Positions 15,216 to 28,885 of a stretch of 64,000 nucleotides of DNA are shown one piece after another; position 1 is the first letter of the stretch, and the number at the start of each line of letters is the position of its first letter. Source of the stretch: the human T2T-CHM13v2.0 reference genome, Homo sapiens; assembly GCF_009914755.1 (NCBI RefSeq), contig NC_060938.1. One strand, written 5' to 3'. The notes beneath the pieces were generated by a model. It worked only from the letters and a program-made list of their open reading frames with translations. It was not told the origin of the DNA and did no database searches. Position numbers and translations under genes: made by a program.

Positions 15216-18200
15216 TTCTCACAATACAATTCAAGGAGCAGCTTTGAGGGCCAGGAAAATGTACCTACAGGGATTAGAATGTCTCTCTGTCCTGTGTCCT
15301 CTTTAGAAAGCTAATGCAGCCATAGTCCAAATTTCGTTGCACACCAAAATAGTTACTGCAAAAATTGTATTAGCCTGGAGGAATTTTCCAGTCTCCCTGG
15401 ATAACATGACTGTTTTAACCTTAGAAAGTGTATTGAGAATTAATGATCAACTCTATTTGCCTGAATAACATGAAGGTTCAGACACTGAAAATAATTTCTG
15501 GTGAACACAGCATTCGATTCTTTCTCCTCACCATCTCCCTCATCCACCCAGAACTAATTCCCTTCAAATTAAAGATGTAGGAAAGAATAAGCCATGCAAA
15601 TGTGCCTTCTGTAGTACTGACAATAATAAATATGGACAAAGAGTTTAGAAGCTGGTCAGTTTGAAGTAGGCAGAGGTTCATGGACCTGAAGATCTCAGGC
15701 TTTGTGTGAGAATTGGAATTTTTGCATCTTGTTTCTACCTTCCTCAGATTTTTACTGAGGAATTTGCTTCATTTTCCCAAAGCAAATTCAACATTTTAAT
15801 ATACATATAGCCAATCATAAAATCAACCATTTATTTTCGTTCCAACAGGACGACAGTACCTAATGAGTTTCAATAATTTTAAGAAATAAAAACAAAAGAA
15901 AAATGGAATTCAGAAGCTCCCTTCCTTTCCATGTACTCTAAGAATGTGAAATATACTTATTCCAAGTACGTGCAAGGATATTTCATCACCAGATCAGTAT
16001 AACCTCAGAGAAATATGTCTTAAACCTTCAAGCTACAATACCCTGAGATGATGCATCAAAAGCCTGTTGGAAACAAAAGTTTGGATTCAGAGTGGCATGT
16101 GGATACCTGTTTTTCTCAGCAAAATAATTCAGCCATTGTAATTATTTTTAACAGAATTGGGCTTCACACTGTGGGATAATGAGCTGGAAAATGTATTTGT
16201 TTTAAATAAAGGCATTTTCACACTACAAGAACACACAAACATCTACGAAACCCAAATGCGCCCGTCCAGCGTGCCTGGTAAAAGAGCCAATTTGATGTTA
16301 TTTCCAACTGTGTAGAAATAATTTGCTGCAAATTCAGGCTACAATGCAAACAGGTGCTTCTTGAAAGAAACCCCATGAGTCTGGAATTGCCAAGGGCTAG
16401 GACAGCTGGGAAACAGGAAGATGTTCTCTCTTAAATGGCACCTAAGTTTCTGGGGCCTATTGGAATCATGACTCCAAGCACTCACTACCATTAGGTTGGC
16501 CATTTGTAATCATAGAACCAGGCTGGTCCCTCAAATGAATCTTCTGATTTCACCAAAGCTGTGGATTTACACTGGCAATGCTAAGAAATCACATTTTAAA
16601 CTGAGAAGGAATGAGAAAGTAATTCCCAAACAAGCCCCAGGAAGGCAGATAAGGGATGTCACCCCAAACTCCAACAATTTCACGTTTTGAATTAAATAAA
16701 GGGACAACGGTGAAACAAACCAAGGGAGAAAAGGGTGAAATGAACAGCTAGAAAAAATATAGATGGAGTGGTTGTAAAACAAACAAAAAGGTGGGGAGAG
16801 GAAAGAGGGGAAAATCATAATGCTGTATCAGTAAGTTGAATCATACAGCAGGAACAAATGGTGAAAATAATGCAGTTCAAAGACAGGAATCAGAAATTAT
16901 CTGAGTCTTTAAAGGCAAACTTTCATGACTGCAAAAATAATCTAAACGCAGAACATTTTGATTGGTGTTAGGTTCAATTGTGTTCAAGAAATGCTGCTCT
17001 GTGTTAATTATTCTTGCTTGGACCTTAACACATTGCCAGCACTCATTCATAGCTCTGCCTAGAGTTTATTGTTGGATCTTATTGGGCAGTTGACGAGTGT
17101 GATGACTTTAAACCTTCTTTCTTGCAAATTTGGTTTCCTCCTGCTAAGCCTGTAAAACACCCCTTTGCCACCAAACACAGGTAACTTAATAGAGGAGTCT
17201 ATTCTGAAGTTAAGAAGGAATTTACCAGTACAAACAGAACTTCTGTGGAACAGCACCAATGTGTCCTGACATGATTCTCAGCAAGGATTTTTCTGGTAAT
17301 AAATTTTAAAAACCCAAGAATGTATTTGAAAATATCTCAGACTTCCAAATCCATTTACTACTGAAAAGGCAAATTTGTTTAAGGCAGATGTTAGCATAGG
17401 CTAAGAGTCACATTTTCAGCTTGGTTGTCACATGACTAATTTATATACAGCCTAAGTGTTGAAACAAAGAAACAAAGGTGATTGAGTCAACTTTAAGTTT
17501 CATATATAGTGAGACCTTTCTCCTTTATTTTACAGTGTGCCAAGCATATAAAAATGACTTGGTTGTATAAAAATGACGTTTACTAAATTAGTTTAATTTT
17601 AAGACCTGATAGCTGAACTCACACATGAAGCAAATATTTTCCTTCTAGAATTGATGTTGCTGCTCTCCCTGGAGTTTCTTGATTGCTTTGAGGAAAGAAG
17701 TAATGTTTCAAGAACATATCACAGGGGTATTTGGAAATGTAAACTATGCTATTTAAATTTTATTGCTACTCAAATGAGAGTTCCCAGGATCTTTCTCATA
17801 CTAATCTGTCCTTGAGAAAAGTGCCTTACCTTTTTGAGCCACTAGGAAAACAAGCTGCCAATACAAATTATTTATAATCTCAGTTCTTTCTAAGGACAAT
17901 GGGTCCTGTTACCAGAGGATGCTTTATTTAACTTAGCCCCATGTTGGGTTTGGGTTTGAAAAATTAAGAGTGGTAGAATGACAAGAGATGAAATGCTCTG
18001 TAGAGTAGAATGAAAAGGAATTTAAGGTTTCTACTGAGAAATCAAGGAAAGAGAGGGGAGTCAGAATTCTGAATACTGTAGGAGGTCTCCATGCAACTCA
18101 AGAGGGGCACTACAGAAAAATGTTGAAAAGTAACTGTCCCACTTTTGCAGTGGGGTTGAGGAATTTAAACTCTTAATTCATTTCCTAACAGGTTGTGTAC

Positions 18201-18485
18201 TTTTGTTTTGAATAGTAAAAGGCAGCGTTCATTGTTTTGTGTATTCTGTAATTTAAAGAAAAACATTGTATATATTCTTTAATACTTAAGACATTTATTT
18301 TTTAAAGATTTTTTTTGTCAGAATAAGGGTTCATAAACTTTCCCAAACATGGAAATGTCTTGTTCCTTCTAAGGAATGTCTTGTACCTCATAATAAGCAT
18401 CATAATTATGAGTCTCCTTGTATTAACCTCTCAGAGAACAAGGCACATGGTGAACTCTACTACCTCAATCGGCAGCTAGAAGTTA

Positions 18486-18699
18486 CCCTCAGCAAATAAA
18501 AAGGTTGAAAAAACTAAGTTTCAGCTCACAGTATTAGAGTGGGTTACATTTTAAGTAGAAAAACATTTGGTTATATCATTGTCCTTATAGCATGATTCTG
18601 ACTTATTTGCATAAACAAATATTTATGTTCTTGTTTATGTATTTTTGTAAAACAATATCTATAGGAAAAGTAGGCCTATCCTATAAACCCCTGGAAGGG
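18486..18699. mobile_element. Small putative non-autonomous DNA element (family uncertain)
   Basis: CCC...GGG ends with an imperfect TIR (ccctcag / ctggaaggg) and internal hairpins. Resembles a short MER repeat but I cannot name it reliably. Confidence 0.35.
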
Positions 18700-18719
18700 A
18701 AGGTTGATTCAGACACAGT

Positions 18720-18870
18720 CTTTTAACCAGCTTTGTAGCTGTACCTCAGTTTCTTATTGTGTCAAATTGGAATAATACCCACCTCTACGATATTCACAGG
18801 AATATTATGGGGATAGAAGACAAAGAGAACATTTGAAGTTCTATTGGTTCACGAAGGAATAAGTTGCTAA
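18720..18870 (+). mobile_element. MIR fragment
   Basis: ctgtacctcagtttcttattgtgtcaaattggaataatacccacctc. Confidence 0.55.
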
Positions 18871-18999
18871 TGTATTTTTCTTTTATAGGTTTCTATATTT
18901 TAATTACAAGGGTAATATTGCATAGAGAGTTATGCATTTTTTAAAAATGAAAATCTCATTTTACCTCCCTCTTACCCAATAAATTCTACTCCCCTCTTC

Positions 19000-21380
19000 A
19001 AAAGTGATTATTGTTTTCAATTATTAGAGATTCTTTTCTCTATTCTTCTGTTGTTAATTTCTAATTTTATGGCATTGTGATTAGAGGACATAGCCTGAAC
19101 TATTTCTGTTTTTTGAAATATTTTGAGATTATGTGTAGGGGAGGAACTCTGTTAATTGTTGATGTATTTGTTTTGAAGGTTCAAAAAAGACATGTATTTT
19201 CTGTATGTGGGTTACAAAGATAGAAGTAAATAAAGAAATAGAAATAAACACATATTACATCAAACTTGCTGATTGTTATTGAAATCTTACATATTTACCT
19301 CTTTTTTGTGCAGCTGATTTTTCAAATTCTGAAAAAAGGTATATTAAATTTCCAATTGTGATTTTAGAAGTTACTCTCTCCTTGCATTTCTAACAAATTT
19401 CTTCTTCATGATTCCAAAAGCTATAATAATGTCTACAGCTTCACAGCTATTATATATTCTCAGAGAGATGTTCATATTTTAATATACAATAACCCTTTTG
19501 TTTGTCAAATTTGGGGCTTAAATTCTACTTTCTTATATAGTGTTGCTACACATACTTTAGTTTTGTTAATATTGCTTTGCATATGCTTTTTATTTTCAGT
19601 CTTCCTGTGCCATTTTGTTTTAGTGTTGTCTCTAACACATACCGATTTTTCTTACCCAATCAGAAAAATCTCCATTCATAGAGGAATTTACCCGATTAAT
19701 AAGCACCACATTAATAAATCTAATTAAATAATATTAAGAATTATCACCCATTAATATTATAACAAATTTCACAATTAATTCCATATTAGTCCTTATTCCT
19801 ACTTCCTAGTTTGCATTTTCTATGAAATATATTTTGTTGTTCTCTCTTTTCCTCTACTTTTTTCTGTTGGACTTTTGGGTTATTAATGTTCATTTTATTT
19901 CTTTTCCTCTATTTAGAAGTTATAGAATCTATTTTTATTATTTAGTGATTACTCTTACATTTGTAGGTCACACGTTTCAACTTATATATTTCAAAAACAT
20001 GTGAAATGAATTAATGTCTGCACCATCTTGCTGGACAAGGGGAAAACCTTAGCATTCTCTAATTTTATTTGCCCTATCACATGATGTAATTATCTAATAA
20101 TTTACTTAAAAATTAATATATTTTGTATTATGCACTGGCAATTATTTAGACAACTAAAAGTTTTACCGAATTTTGCTCACTAGAATTTTTTGTATGCCAT
20201 ACCTTCCTCTTTCTGCAACATATCCTTCAGGGTCTGTGGGCTGCTTGAATAAGGCCTTATGCCTGAAAATGATTTCATTTTGCCCTCATATTTGGACTAT
20301 AGTTAGACTGAGCATAGACATCTAAATTAAAAATTATTTTCACTCAAGGAATATTATGCAGCTTCAGAAAGAAGGAAATCCTGTCACATGTGACATGGAT
20401 AAACCTCAAGGACGTTATGCTAACTGAAATAAGTCAGTCATGAAAGGGCAAACAATGTATGATTCTACTCATATGAAGTATCTAAAAAAAATAGTCAAAA
20501 TTATAGAAACAGAAAGTAGAAAGGTGGTTGCCAGAGGTTGGGGGAAAGGGAGAGACAATTAGTGTTTAATGGGCATTGAGTTTCAGTTTTGCAAGATGAA
20601 AAAGTTCTAGAGACCTGTTGCACAACAATGTGAATATACCTAACACTACTGAATTGTACACATAAAAACAGTGAAAATGGTAAATTTAATATTATGTGTT
20701 TTTTACCACAATAAAATATATGTTCATTCAAAAATTTGAAAATATTGCTCACGTTTTCTTCTTGCATTCAGCGTGGTTAATTAGAAAAAAGTCTGATGCT
20801 AATCTGTTTCTCATTCCTTAGCGGGTAATGGTTTATTCCTTTCAAGAAGCTATTTGGATTTTTGCTTTATCCTTGGCATTCCAATCTTATCATGCTGTGC
20901 CTAGGTAGTCGTCTTTTTTCATTTACCATGTTCAGTACTTGCTAGGTCTTTTAATATGAGGAATCAGCTCTTAGTTCTTGGAGATGGTCTTCTGTTACTG
21001 ATTTAAGTTATCAATCCCCTCCTTTCAGAAAATCTTGGGGCTCTCATTTCATCCTACCATGTTTCTCAACTTCTCTTTCAGATATCATATCTTTCTAATT
21101 TTGTTCTGTATTATGGGCAATGTTCTCACCTTTATTTTCCAGACCATTAATTTGTTCTTAATATATGCCCATTTTATGGTTCAGCCCATCTATTGGATTT
21201 TATTTTATAATGTTACTTTTAATTTCTACATAGTGTTTTTTATTCTTAGATTGTTCTCTTTTTATATCTCCCTATTCTTGATTTATGAATGCCTCTTGAA
21301 TATCTCTAAGGATAAAAAATGATTTTTAAAATTCTTTCTTATGTTCCCCAACTTAGGTCTTTGTCTTTTAAAGCTCATGT
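19000..21380 (-). mobile_element. Ancient L1M (L1ME/MC-like) fragments
   Basis: Degenerate antisense L1 (ttaatttctaattttatggcattgtgattagagg; gcctgaaaatgatttcattttgccctcat); interrupted at ~20350-20716. Confidence 0.6.
20350..20716 (+). mobile_element. L1MB 3' end
   Basis: aaggaaatcctgtcacatg...aagtcagtca...agaaacagaaagtagaaaggtggttgccagagg...tttaccacaataaaa. Confidence 0.85.
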
Positions 21381-21399
21381 CATTGGATTTTAGTACTCA

Positions 21400-22430
21400 C
21401 TGCTCCTTCATTATTGTTGTAATTATTGTCCTCCCAATCACCCACTCATTTCTTAAGGAGTTTAAACATCTGGTTCATTGTCACTCTATCCAATAGTCCT
21501 ATTGCCTTAATTCTTGTCAATGTCTATATCTACTGGGATGAACTTCTCTCCTCCATGACCTTACCTTCCACCTTACCTTAGCCATTAATGCTAATGGCCA
21601 TCTTGCTAACAATTTCAACCCCTCCATGATCTTTACTTTATGTATCTTATTTCTTGACTACCATGTTGGGGGTACTCTCTCTAGTACTCCAACTCAAATA
21701 ATGCCTTCACCCAACCTGGAATCCAATGCATTGTTCCTACCATCTTTTCTGTTTCCCTCACTCCTCAGACAGCTTATCTCCCTCCTAGATTATCTTAAAT
21801 TTTATGGTTAATCATTATATTCACTCTCTTGCACATGCCTTCAATTCCCCTGCCTCACTGTCACTTTGTTTTGGGTGTTTGACCAAATCACAAGCCTAGA
21901 AAAATCCAATTTTTCTGCCTACTCCAAACCTAAACCTGGGCGATTTAATATGGCTGAACGATCTCACTTTAAACTTAAATGGGTCTTTAATGGTGCCCAG
22001 CAAATATACTATAGTTCCCTAGGCCATTTGTTCTCCTACAGAACATAGAACTATCACATTCCTTTCAAATATTTCAGCACATCCACCCATATCCTCACTC
22101 TCAACTGATGATTTTGTTTATTTCACTGGGAAAACTGAAGCAGTGATAAGAGAACTTCAGCACATTATCTTCTTCCCATCTACCACCAGATTTCCACCAC
22201 CAGACCTCTCCAATTACCAACATCTGTAGAGGATGCTCTGTGTTCCCACTTTCTACTGTAGGTGAACTACCCATGCTCCTATTTAAAAGATGTCTCCTCT
22301 TGTGCAGCAGATCCAATCTTTGAAGGACATAACTCCAGAACTCTTCACTCTCTCTCTCCTATATCACCAGTTTTTTTCCAGTGTGTCTTTGTCAGCAGCA
22401 GACAAACATACATTTATATCTCCTATCTTT
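21400..22430 (+). mobile_element. L2 fragment
   Basis: Pyrimidine-rich degenerate L2 ORF2 region (ctcactctcaactgatgattttgtttatttcactgggaaaactgaagc). Confidence 0.65.
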
Positions 22431-23829
22431 CATCACAAACAAGAAAACATATCTTTCTTCACAAATTTGTTACGTAGCAATAGATAGCTAATACAGTGAT
22501 AATATGTTCTACATAAATGATCTTTTCAAATGTATTACAGAAAATATTAACCTTCATTATTTTAATAATTTTTACAGATTACTTGGGAAAAGAGAAAGAG
22601 TGAAAGGAAATTTCAGACATGAAGCACATGCTTGCAAAAGACTTAAAAGTGGGAATAAGATGAACACAAAAGAGAACTTCAAACTCGCTGCTCCTGGAAT
22701 AGTCAGATCAGCCAGCAGCGTGGGTAGGAATCAAGGCAGTGAACTGGTCCATCTTTTGAGAGGCATCCTGTAAAGAGCATAAAACCCTGAGCCTAAACTC
22801 TGAGACTCCATGCACTGTGAGATAGAAGCCATTTTTCCAAATGAAAATTGGCATGATCCAGAGGCCTGGCAGGAAAGGTAGCATCAAGTTCCAAGTGGAG
22901 ATAGATGACTGAACTCAGAGCTAAGAAGCAAAGGAACAACTAAGGAAGCCATTACCAAAGCGGAAGCAGAGGGAGAAGTTTTAGCCTATGCCAGAAGAGG
23001 GTGAAAAGGACAATCAGTACATGCTGCTATAAGCATTTGAGATATATTTCATACAATTTCTCTGTATCAGTTGTGTTAGCTTGTGGCCTAAGGTTTACAA
23101 ATGATTGGCTCAACTCACCTTTCCATTTCCTGAGGAATTTCCAACATTTTCTTCCAGAATTTCTGAGAATTTAGAGAAGGCTTCAGTTTGCAGACCCAGC
23201 TATGGCTTTCAACTCCTTTCTCTGCTTGATTAATCCAACTTACTGTCTTACTTTTCCACTTGTATGGTCTCTGTTTGCATCAGATTGACACAGATAAGGA
23301 ACTCAACCTCTTTTCTTGGTTTTCCCTCTCCTAACATACATTAAACATTTTATGCCCTTATATCAGGCTTTCAAGTATGTTATATAGTATGTGTCACTGA
23401 AGTTTTGGGAGAAGTGGCAATAATTTCTGCCACAAACAATGTAATATTAAACATTAGATATCCCTGTTCTTTCTTTACAAAAAAAAAAAAAAATCCCTCA
23501 GCTAATTTTATTCACTTGGGCTCCAGGTTCTCATCATATTACCTAGCTTCTTTTTCTCTTCTCTCTTCCACCCCCTCTGTGTCCTCTTCTATTCCAAGCA
23601 ATTTATCAAGATAGTTTCCCAAGCAAAGATTGATCTCTCCCTCAGAGGAATTTTGGTGCCAGCTGTTAAGATAATTGGTTCTTACCTTGCTGAAGTTGAC
23701 AGGCTGATTGGTATAAGAAATCAATCATAGACTTGTGTTGAAGATTATTACACAATTCCTTGATATTAAAGGGGTGACATGAATCAGAGACAGAGCATTT
23801 TTTATGGCCAGAATGGATGGATAGTGGTA

Positions 23830-24015
23830 CTTTCTTTTCTTTCCTCATGCTCGATGAGCATAAATAATCTCATTCCTATGTTTATATAAGTCAACTCTGA
23901 AACAAAACTTGGTTCCGAGACCAGAGAAGAGCCAGTTAGACTCCAATTCTCTTTTTGATTGTGAAATAATGACATTTTTAGGCTATGACTTTTCAAACAA
24001 TGTTTTAGGAATCTT
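23830..24015 (+). repeat. Left arm of 186-bp inverted repeat
   Basis: Reverse complement of 25815-26000; about 18 differences by manual alignment (~90% identity). Confidence 0.95.
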
Positions 24016-24299
24016 GAAGGACAAAGGACAATGTTTTATAAATCCTAATCCAGAAGGACAATGCATGATACTAAATAACACGAATAAACTCAAAAGCACA
24101 TATATTAATATATTGCTGAACACCATTGAAAGTAACTAGGGTACCAATTCTTTACTCTGAAATTTGGCAATAAGTTTTGCCTTTCCTGTATGAACTGTAT
24201 ATAAGGATAACCCAATAACCATATTTGATCAGCAAAAGATTTTTGTTTGCTTGCTTTTGAAATAATTCCAGCTAATAAATTTAAAATAAATGACAGAAT

Positions 24300-24510
24300 T
24301 TTTAAAAATCATTATTCTGAAACTGCTAATAAGATAATTGAATTAGGCAACAATCACCAATACATAAACCCCTTAGAAGAAAGTTTGATGGAGAACTTAA
24401 AATGGAAGCTTTAGGTTTTTCGCTATTGGAACCCTCTGATCAATATTAGTATTACTAAATGTCGGACAAATAGCCATTATGTGCCTTTGCCTTCTGAGTT
24501 GAAGTATAGA
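24300..24510 (+). mobile_element. Old L1ME-type 3' fragment
   Basis: aattaggcaacaatcaccaat...ctctgatcaatattagtattactaaatg...cattatgtgcc. Confidence 0.45.
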
Positions 24511-24659
24511 GGCCAGCATATACATGACAGGTATTTTCATGTTTCTGTTTGGGAAGGCATGAGTTACTTCAAACTCTGTACTTACTATAGTATTGTAACA
24601 TCATACACAAGCTGAATTAAGTTTATATTACTTTTCAGGTGAGTTCAAAATTATTATTT

Positions 24660-25700
24660 TCATTTAGAAAATGTGTATTGAGTACCTTTTATGTTACAGA
24701 CACTGTGCTGAAAGAGGTGGGTAGGTAGGTCAATGTGCTTCCTAAATTTGGAGATAATTATCTTTCTGTAGGTTCGTTATGCTTGACTATTTCCATGTTC
24801 TCCCAATGATGATTTGACATTTACTTATCACTTTACTCACAGGGAATTAAAATGTAATGTGTTTCAACTGTATTTTTCCTTAACTGAATAATACTGCTAT
24901 ATGATATGCTAACTACAGACTGTGCTAATTCACTAAACGAATTCTGTTATGCTGTAATTTGAACTCTCCTCACCACAACTTATTAAAAAGGCACCAACAG
25001 TTTCCCATAAAAAAAAAAAGGTTTTGTGGATTCAAAAGTGAAAGAATCCAAACTCCATCCTCAAGGAATTTATAGTCACATGAATAAACAAACTTACCCA
25101 ATCAACATTAGAGGAGATGAACACAAAAGTAGATGCTATATAAGTCGCCACCTAATTCTCCAAGGGCTAACATGGCATATTTCAGAGAGGAGTTGACATC
25201 GGAAACAAGATATAAATGATGAACATCTCCCCAACCTGACAATGGAGGAAAATGTCATTACGTGAAGAATAGCAAGTACCAAAACCAATAGCAGTGAAGA
25301 AATGTGGCACATTCAGAAAATGTCCAGTGGCCTGTTTTGGCTAAAATATAGGATATATAATGTAGTGAGAAGATGGTGGAGTATTCAGGAGATAACACTT
25401 GAAAATTAAACTGGGGCTTGATTATAAAGTACTTTGTATGTTCTGATATAGATTTTAAATTTTATATAGTAGACTTTAGATTGCCACTGCCCTTTTTAAA
25501 GTGAGAGTGATATTACACCCTCACTCTAGAAATCTTAGGGAAGATGGGTTGAAGATGAGCCTGACTTGAGGCAAGGGTAGAGTTAAGTGACTGCTGAGAC
25601 TGCGATAATGAGAGACCGAGAGACCGGGGCAGCAAGAGTGGGGCCAAACAGGAAGCCATGAATGAGAGATTTAGAAGAGAGAGAAGCTAATGTCCACATC
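24660..25700 (-). mobile_element. L2 3' region, interrupted by a retrocopy
   Basis: tgtgtattgagtaccttttatgttacagacactgtgct...[insert]...cctcaaggaatttatagtc, followed by purine-rich antisense L2. Confidence 0.7.
24719..25019 (+). pseudogene. 5'-truncated processed pseudogene (3'-UTR-only retrocopy; parent unidentified)
   Basis: Non-repeat-like ~300 bp inside an L2. ATTAAA at 24982-24987, 21 nt upstream of an A11 tail (25009-25019). Approximate TSD aaagaggt / aaaaaggt. Confidence 0.75.
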
Positions 25701-25814
25701 ATAAGCAGAGGAGACGGAGTGTGCCAATTCAATGCATATCAGCTAAAAGAATGTGTAGAGAAACGCCTCTCCCAGAGCCTCCTCATCTATTTAGTATGTT
25801 CCAATTAAGCAATA

Positions 25815-26000
25815 AAGATTCCTAAAACATTGCTGAAATGTCATAGCCTAAAAATGTCATTATTTCACAATAAAAAGGAAAACTGGAATCTAACTGGCTC
25901 TTTTCTGGTCTCAGAACCAAGTTTTGTTTCAGAGTTTATTTATATAAAAAATAGGAATGAAATTATTTACACTCATCTAGCATGAGGAAAGAAAAGAAAG
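25815..26000 (-). repeat. Right arm of 186-bp inverted repeat
   Basis: Reverse complement of 23830-24015. Confidence 0.95.
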
Positions 26001-26879
26001 AAACCCTAAGACAAGAGGCGTGATGATATATGTTACTTGGGATGAGCCCTGCATTCTAATGACATCTTGTAACAGAGCTTTTTTATAGCAGCACACTTGT
26101 AGCAGCTGTTGAGTGGTTTTACTTACATCGCCTTTATCCTGTGCATTTAGATGGCATGTACCACCAAGTTTCCTATCTTTAGAATATTATTTGGGCCTGT
26201 AAGTTATACAATATTCTCAAGTACATATCTTCAACATCAAGTGCAAAGACCAAATGGATGGAAACTATTTCTTGCATCCAATGACTTAATTAAGTCTCCA
26301 CCTGGTTCTTGAATTCCTGTGCAGCATTTAAATCTGGATAATATAACAAAACAGTGCCTAGTTCTGACACACGTCCATGAGCATTGGAAACATGCAAAGA
26401 CAGTAAACACACGTGGATTTTCTATAGGCAGTTAGACTACAAATATGGCTATATTTTCCTACCAACTCTTCACCTATTCGTATCCAAAAATACTTTTTTC
26501 CAATTTATAAAAATGTATTCTTAGCACATTTCTTTCCAGTCATACAAAAATAAGGGATAGAGATGATAAGTCAGTAAGGAGAATGAGACTTTGACAGGGA
26601 AGATTAGCAGAGAAAGTGCTGAGGGAGGTGGAGACATAAGGGAAGAGACTCTGTGTCTGCTCTTGAATAAAAAAAAAAAGCGGGGGGGGGTGCGGGCAGG
26701 AGGCCACTACCCAGAGATACAACATCTACAAAGAAAGAATTCCAAAGCAGAGATTTATCAATGAGTCATTGCACTGGAAAGTAATTGCAGAAAGTCAGCC
26801 AGAAGAAATAAAATGGCTATTACCTTAAAAGGAGGCAAAATGAAATGAATTTCAAAGTACTTATTCTGTGTGGTAAAAA

Positions 26880-27118
26880 CCAGTACAGTTTGAAGGACAG
26901 AGACTTTGGAGCCACAGAGGCCTGTATTTCAAAACTCCACACTTCCACTTTCGTCAGGAAGGCTTTAAGTAAGTTATTTAAACTCTAAACCCTGGGTGCT
27001 TCATTTTTTACATAGAAATAAGAATGTCTAACACAGGGCTATAGTGAGAATTAGATTAGATAATGTTTGAGAAGCATTTTATATGCCTTTAGTGTAACTA
27101 CTAAATGGTAGCTATTAT
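26880..27118 (+). mobile_element. MIR
   Basis: agactttggagcca...aagttatttaaactct...cacagggctatagtgagaattagattagataatg. Confidence 0.7.
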
Positions 27119-28188
27119 GTAACAGGTACTAATGGTGACTTGGTTGCCTTACTGTACTCAAAGATGCAGGGCTATCTTTGCAGAACCTGTTCTAGGACAG
27201 GCAACTAAATGGAAAAGGCCATAAATGTTCATGAGCGGATTCAATTATGAAAATAAAGAGAAAGATTATGCTTAAGAAAAATAAAGAAGTATGACATCTG
27301 GCTAGTAAAAGCAAAGCTAGATTGTTTTATGGTGATAAATGATCATTATTCCTCTAAGACTATATTAAAAAGGCTTCTGGCCCAGTCATTCAGAACAATC
27401 TCAGATGTTGATATCAATGGTTTCTGGATCATGACCTGCTAGAGATTTCTGGTGAAGTTAAACTACCCAAGCCAATTTCACTCACCAGTATCTTTTTCCC
27501 TTACTCAATAAATAGGTTAGGTGAATGAATGAATCAATCAGTCAACCAATCAATTGATTAATCAATTCCTAGATTAGAAACTCAAAGTACCATCCACCTT
27601 AATGCATGGAATAAAGTACAGTGTTCACTTCTATCAAAATCACTGCACAAAGAAAGTCACAGCTATTAGACATGGCATTCTTCAGCAAGCTAATGTGAAT
27701 TAAATGAGTTCTATTTTATTTTGGACTATTATTGAAATATGCCATAAGCACACGCTGGAGAAATGTCCAAAAGCCAAATAACTTTCAGTGTCTAATGGTT
27801 ACCATTAATTATCTAAAACTATTCCAACAGTAGCCATAATCACCCAGCCCTCTGTGACCTGGAAGCCCTCCAGGAATCAATTTGCATTAGCAAAGCTTTG
27901 CCTTACATGACCCGCTTCTTCACAAACCTCCCCTTATGCTGTGGTGGGAAGTCATTGCCTCATTAGCAAGCCAGTTCCTATTTCTTTTGGTTTGAATCCA
28001 TCAGATACCAACGTTCAAATTTCCTGCACTCTCTCTTCTGAAACATATAAAATGACTCTATCTGAAATACCATAAAATGTCATTAGAAGGCTCTTCACAA
28101 TGCCAAATTTGGTTACATGGAATGTCAAATCACAGTGTATCAGGATCGAAACAGCACTGCTAGGAATGTCATTCTGTCCCCTCCCACC

Positions 28189-28543
28189 TGTGTTTTAATG
28201 GAGTCACTACCCCCAAAATTCCTATGTAGAAATCTTAATGGTGGTGGTATTAAGAGGTGAGGCCTTGGGAGATATTAGGTCGTGAGGGCAGAGTCCTCAT
28301 GAATGGGATTAGTGCTCTTATAAAAGAGGCCTGAGGGAGCCTGTGAGCCCCTTTGCCCGCCACCATGTGAGGACACAGCCAGAAGGCGCCATCTCTGAGG
28401 AACAGGCCCTCACCAGATATGAAATCTGCTGGCACCTTGATCTTGGACTTACTAGCCTCCAGAACTACGAGAAATAAATTTCTGTTGTTTGTACATGACA
28501 CAGACTCAGGTAGACTATTATAACAGCCCAAATGGACTAACAC
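28189..28543 (+). mobile_element. MLT1A0-like solo LTR
   Basis: cctcatgaatgggattagtgctcttataaaagagg...tctgctggcaccttgatcttggactt...aaataaatttctgttgttt...ggactaacaca. Confidence 0.85.
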
Positions 28544-28699
28544 ATGTGTTAATGACCCAAATGATCTCAAGATAGCTGCCTGTTGTCCAGAAGTAATTAA
28601 GACACTGTGTCATTTATGAGCACATTGCCTACACATTTGAAGTCACCAAAAGCATTTCTAAACTCAGGGTCCTTCTGCCTGACACGAACCCATAATGGC

Positions 28700-28885
28700 A
28701 GTTCTAGAACCAACTCTGCTGCTGACTAGCTGGGTCAATGCAGTAAAGTTACTTGGCCTCTGCATACCTTAGTCTTATCATTTATAAAGTGGAGGTAATA
28801 ATAGCATCTACCTCTGAGGGTTGTTTTGAGGATTAAATCAGTTAATAATATAAAACCTCAGAACAGGGCTTGACACATAGTAAGA
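28700..28885 (+). mobile_element. MIR
   Basis: ctctgctgctgactagctggg...ggtaataatagcatctacctc...gggttgttttgaggattaaat...gacacatagtaag. Confidence 0.75.

Noticed and set aside
23830-26000. Inverted repeat interpreted as TIRs of a DNA transposon
   Set aside because: No TSD, no transposase remnant, and the spacer contains elements apparently older than the arms.
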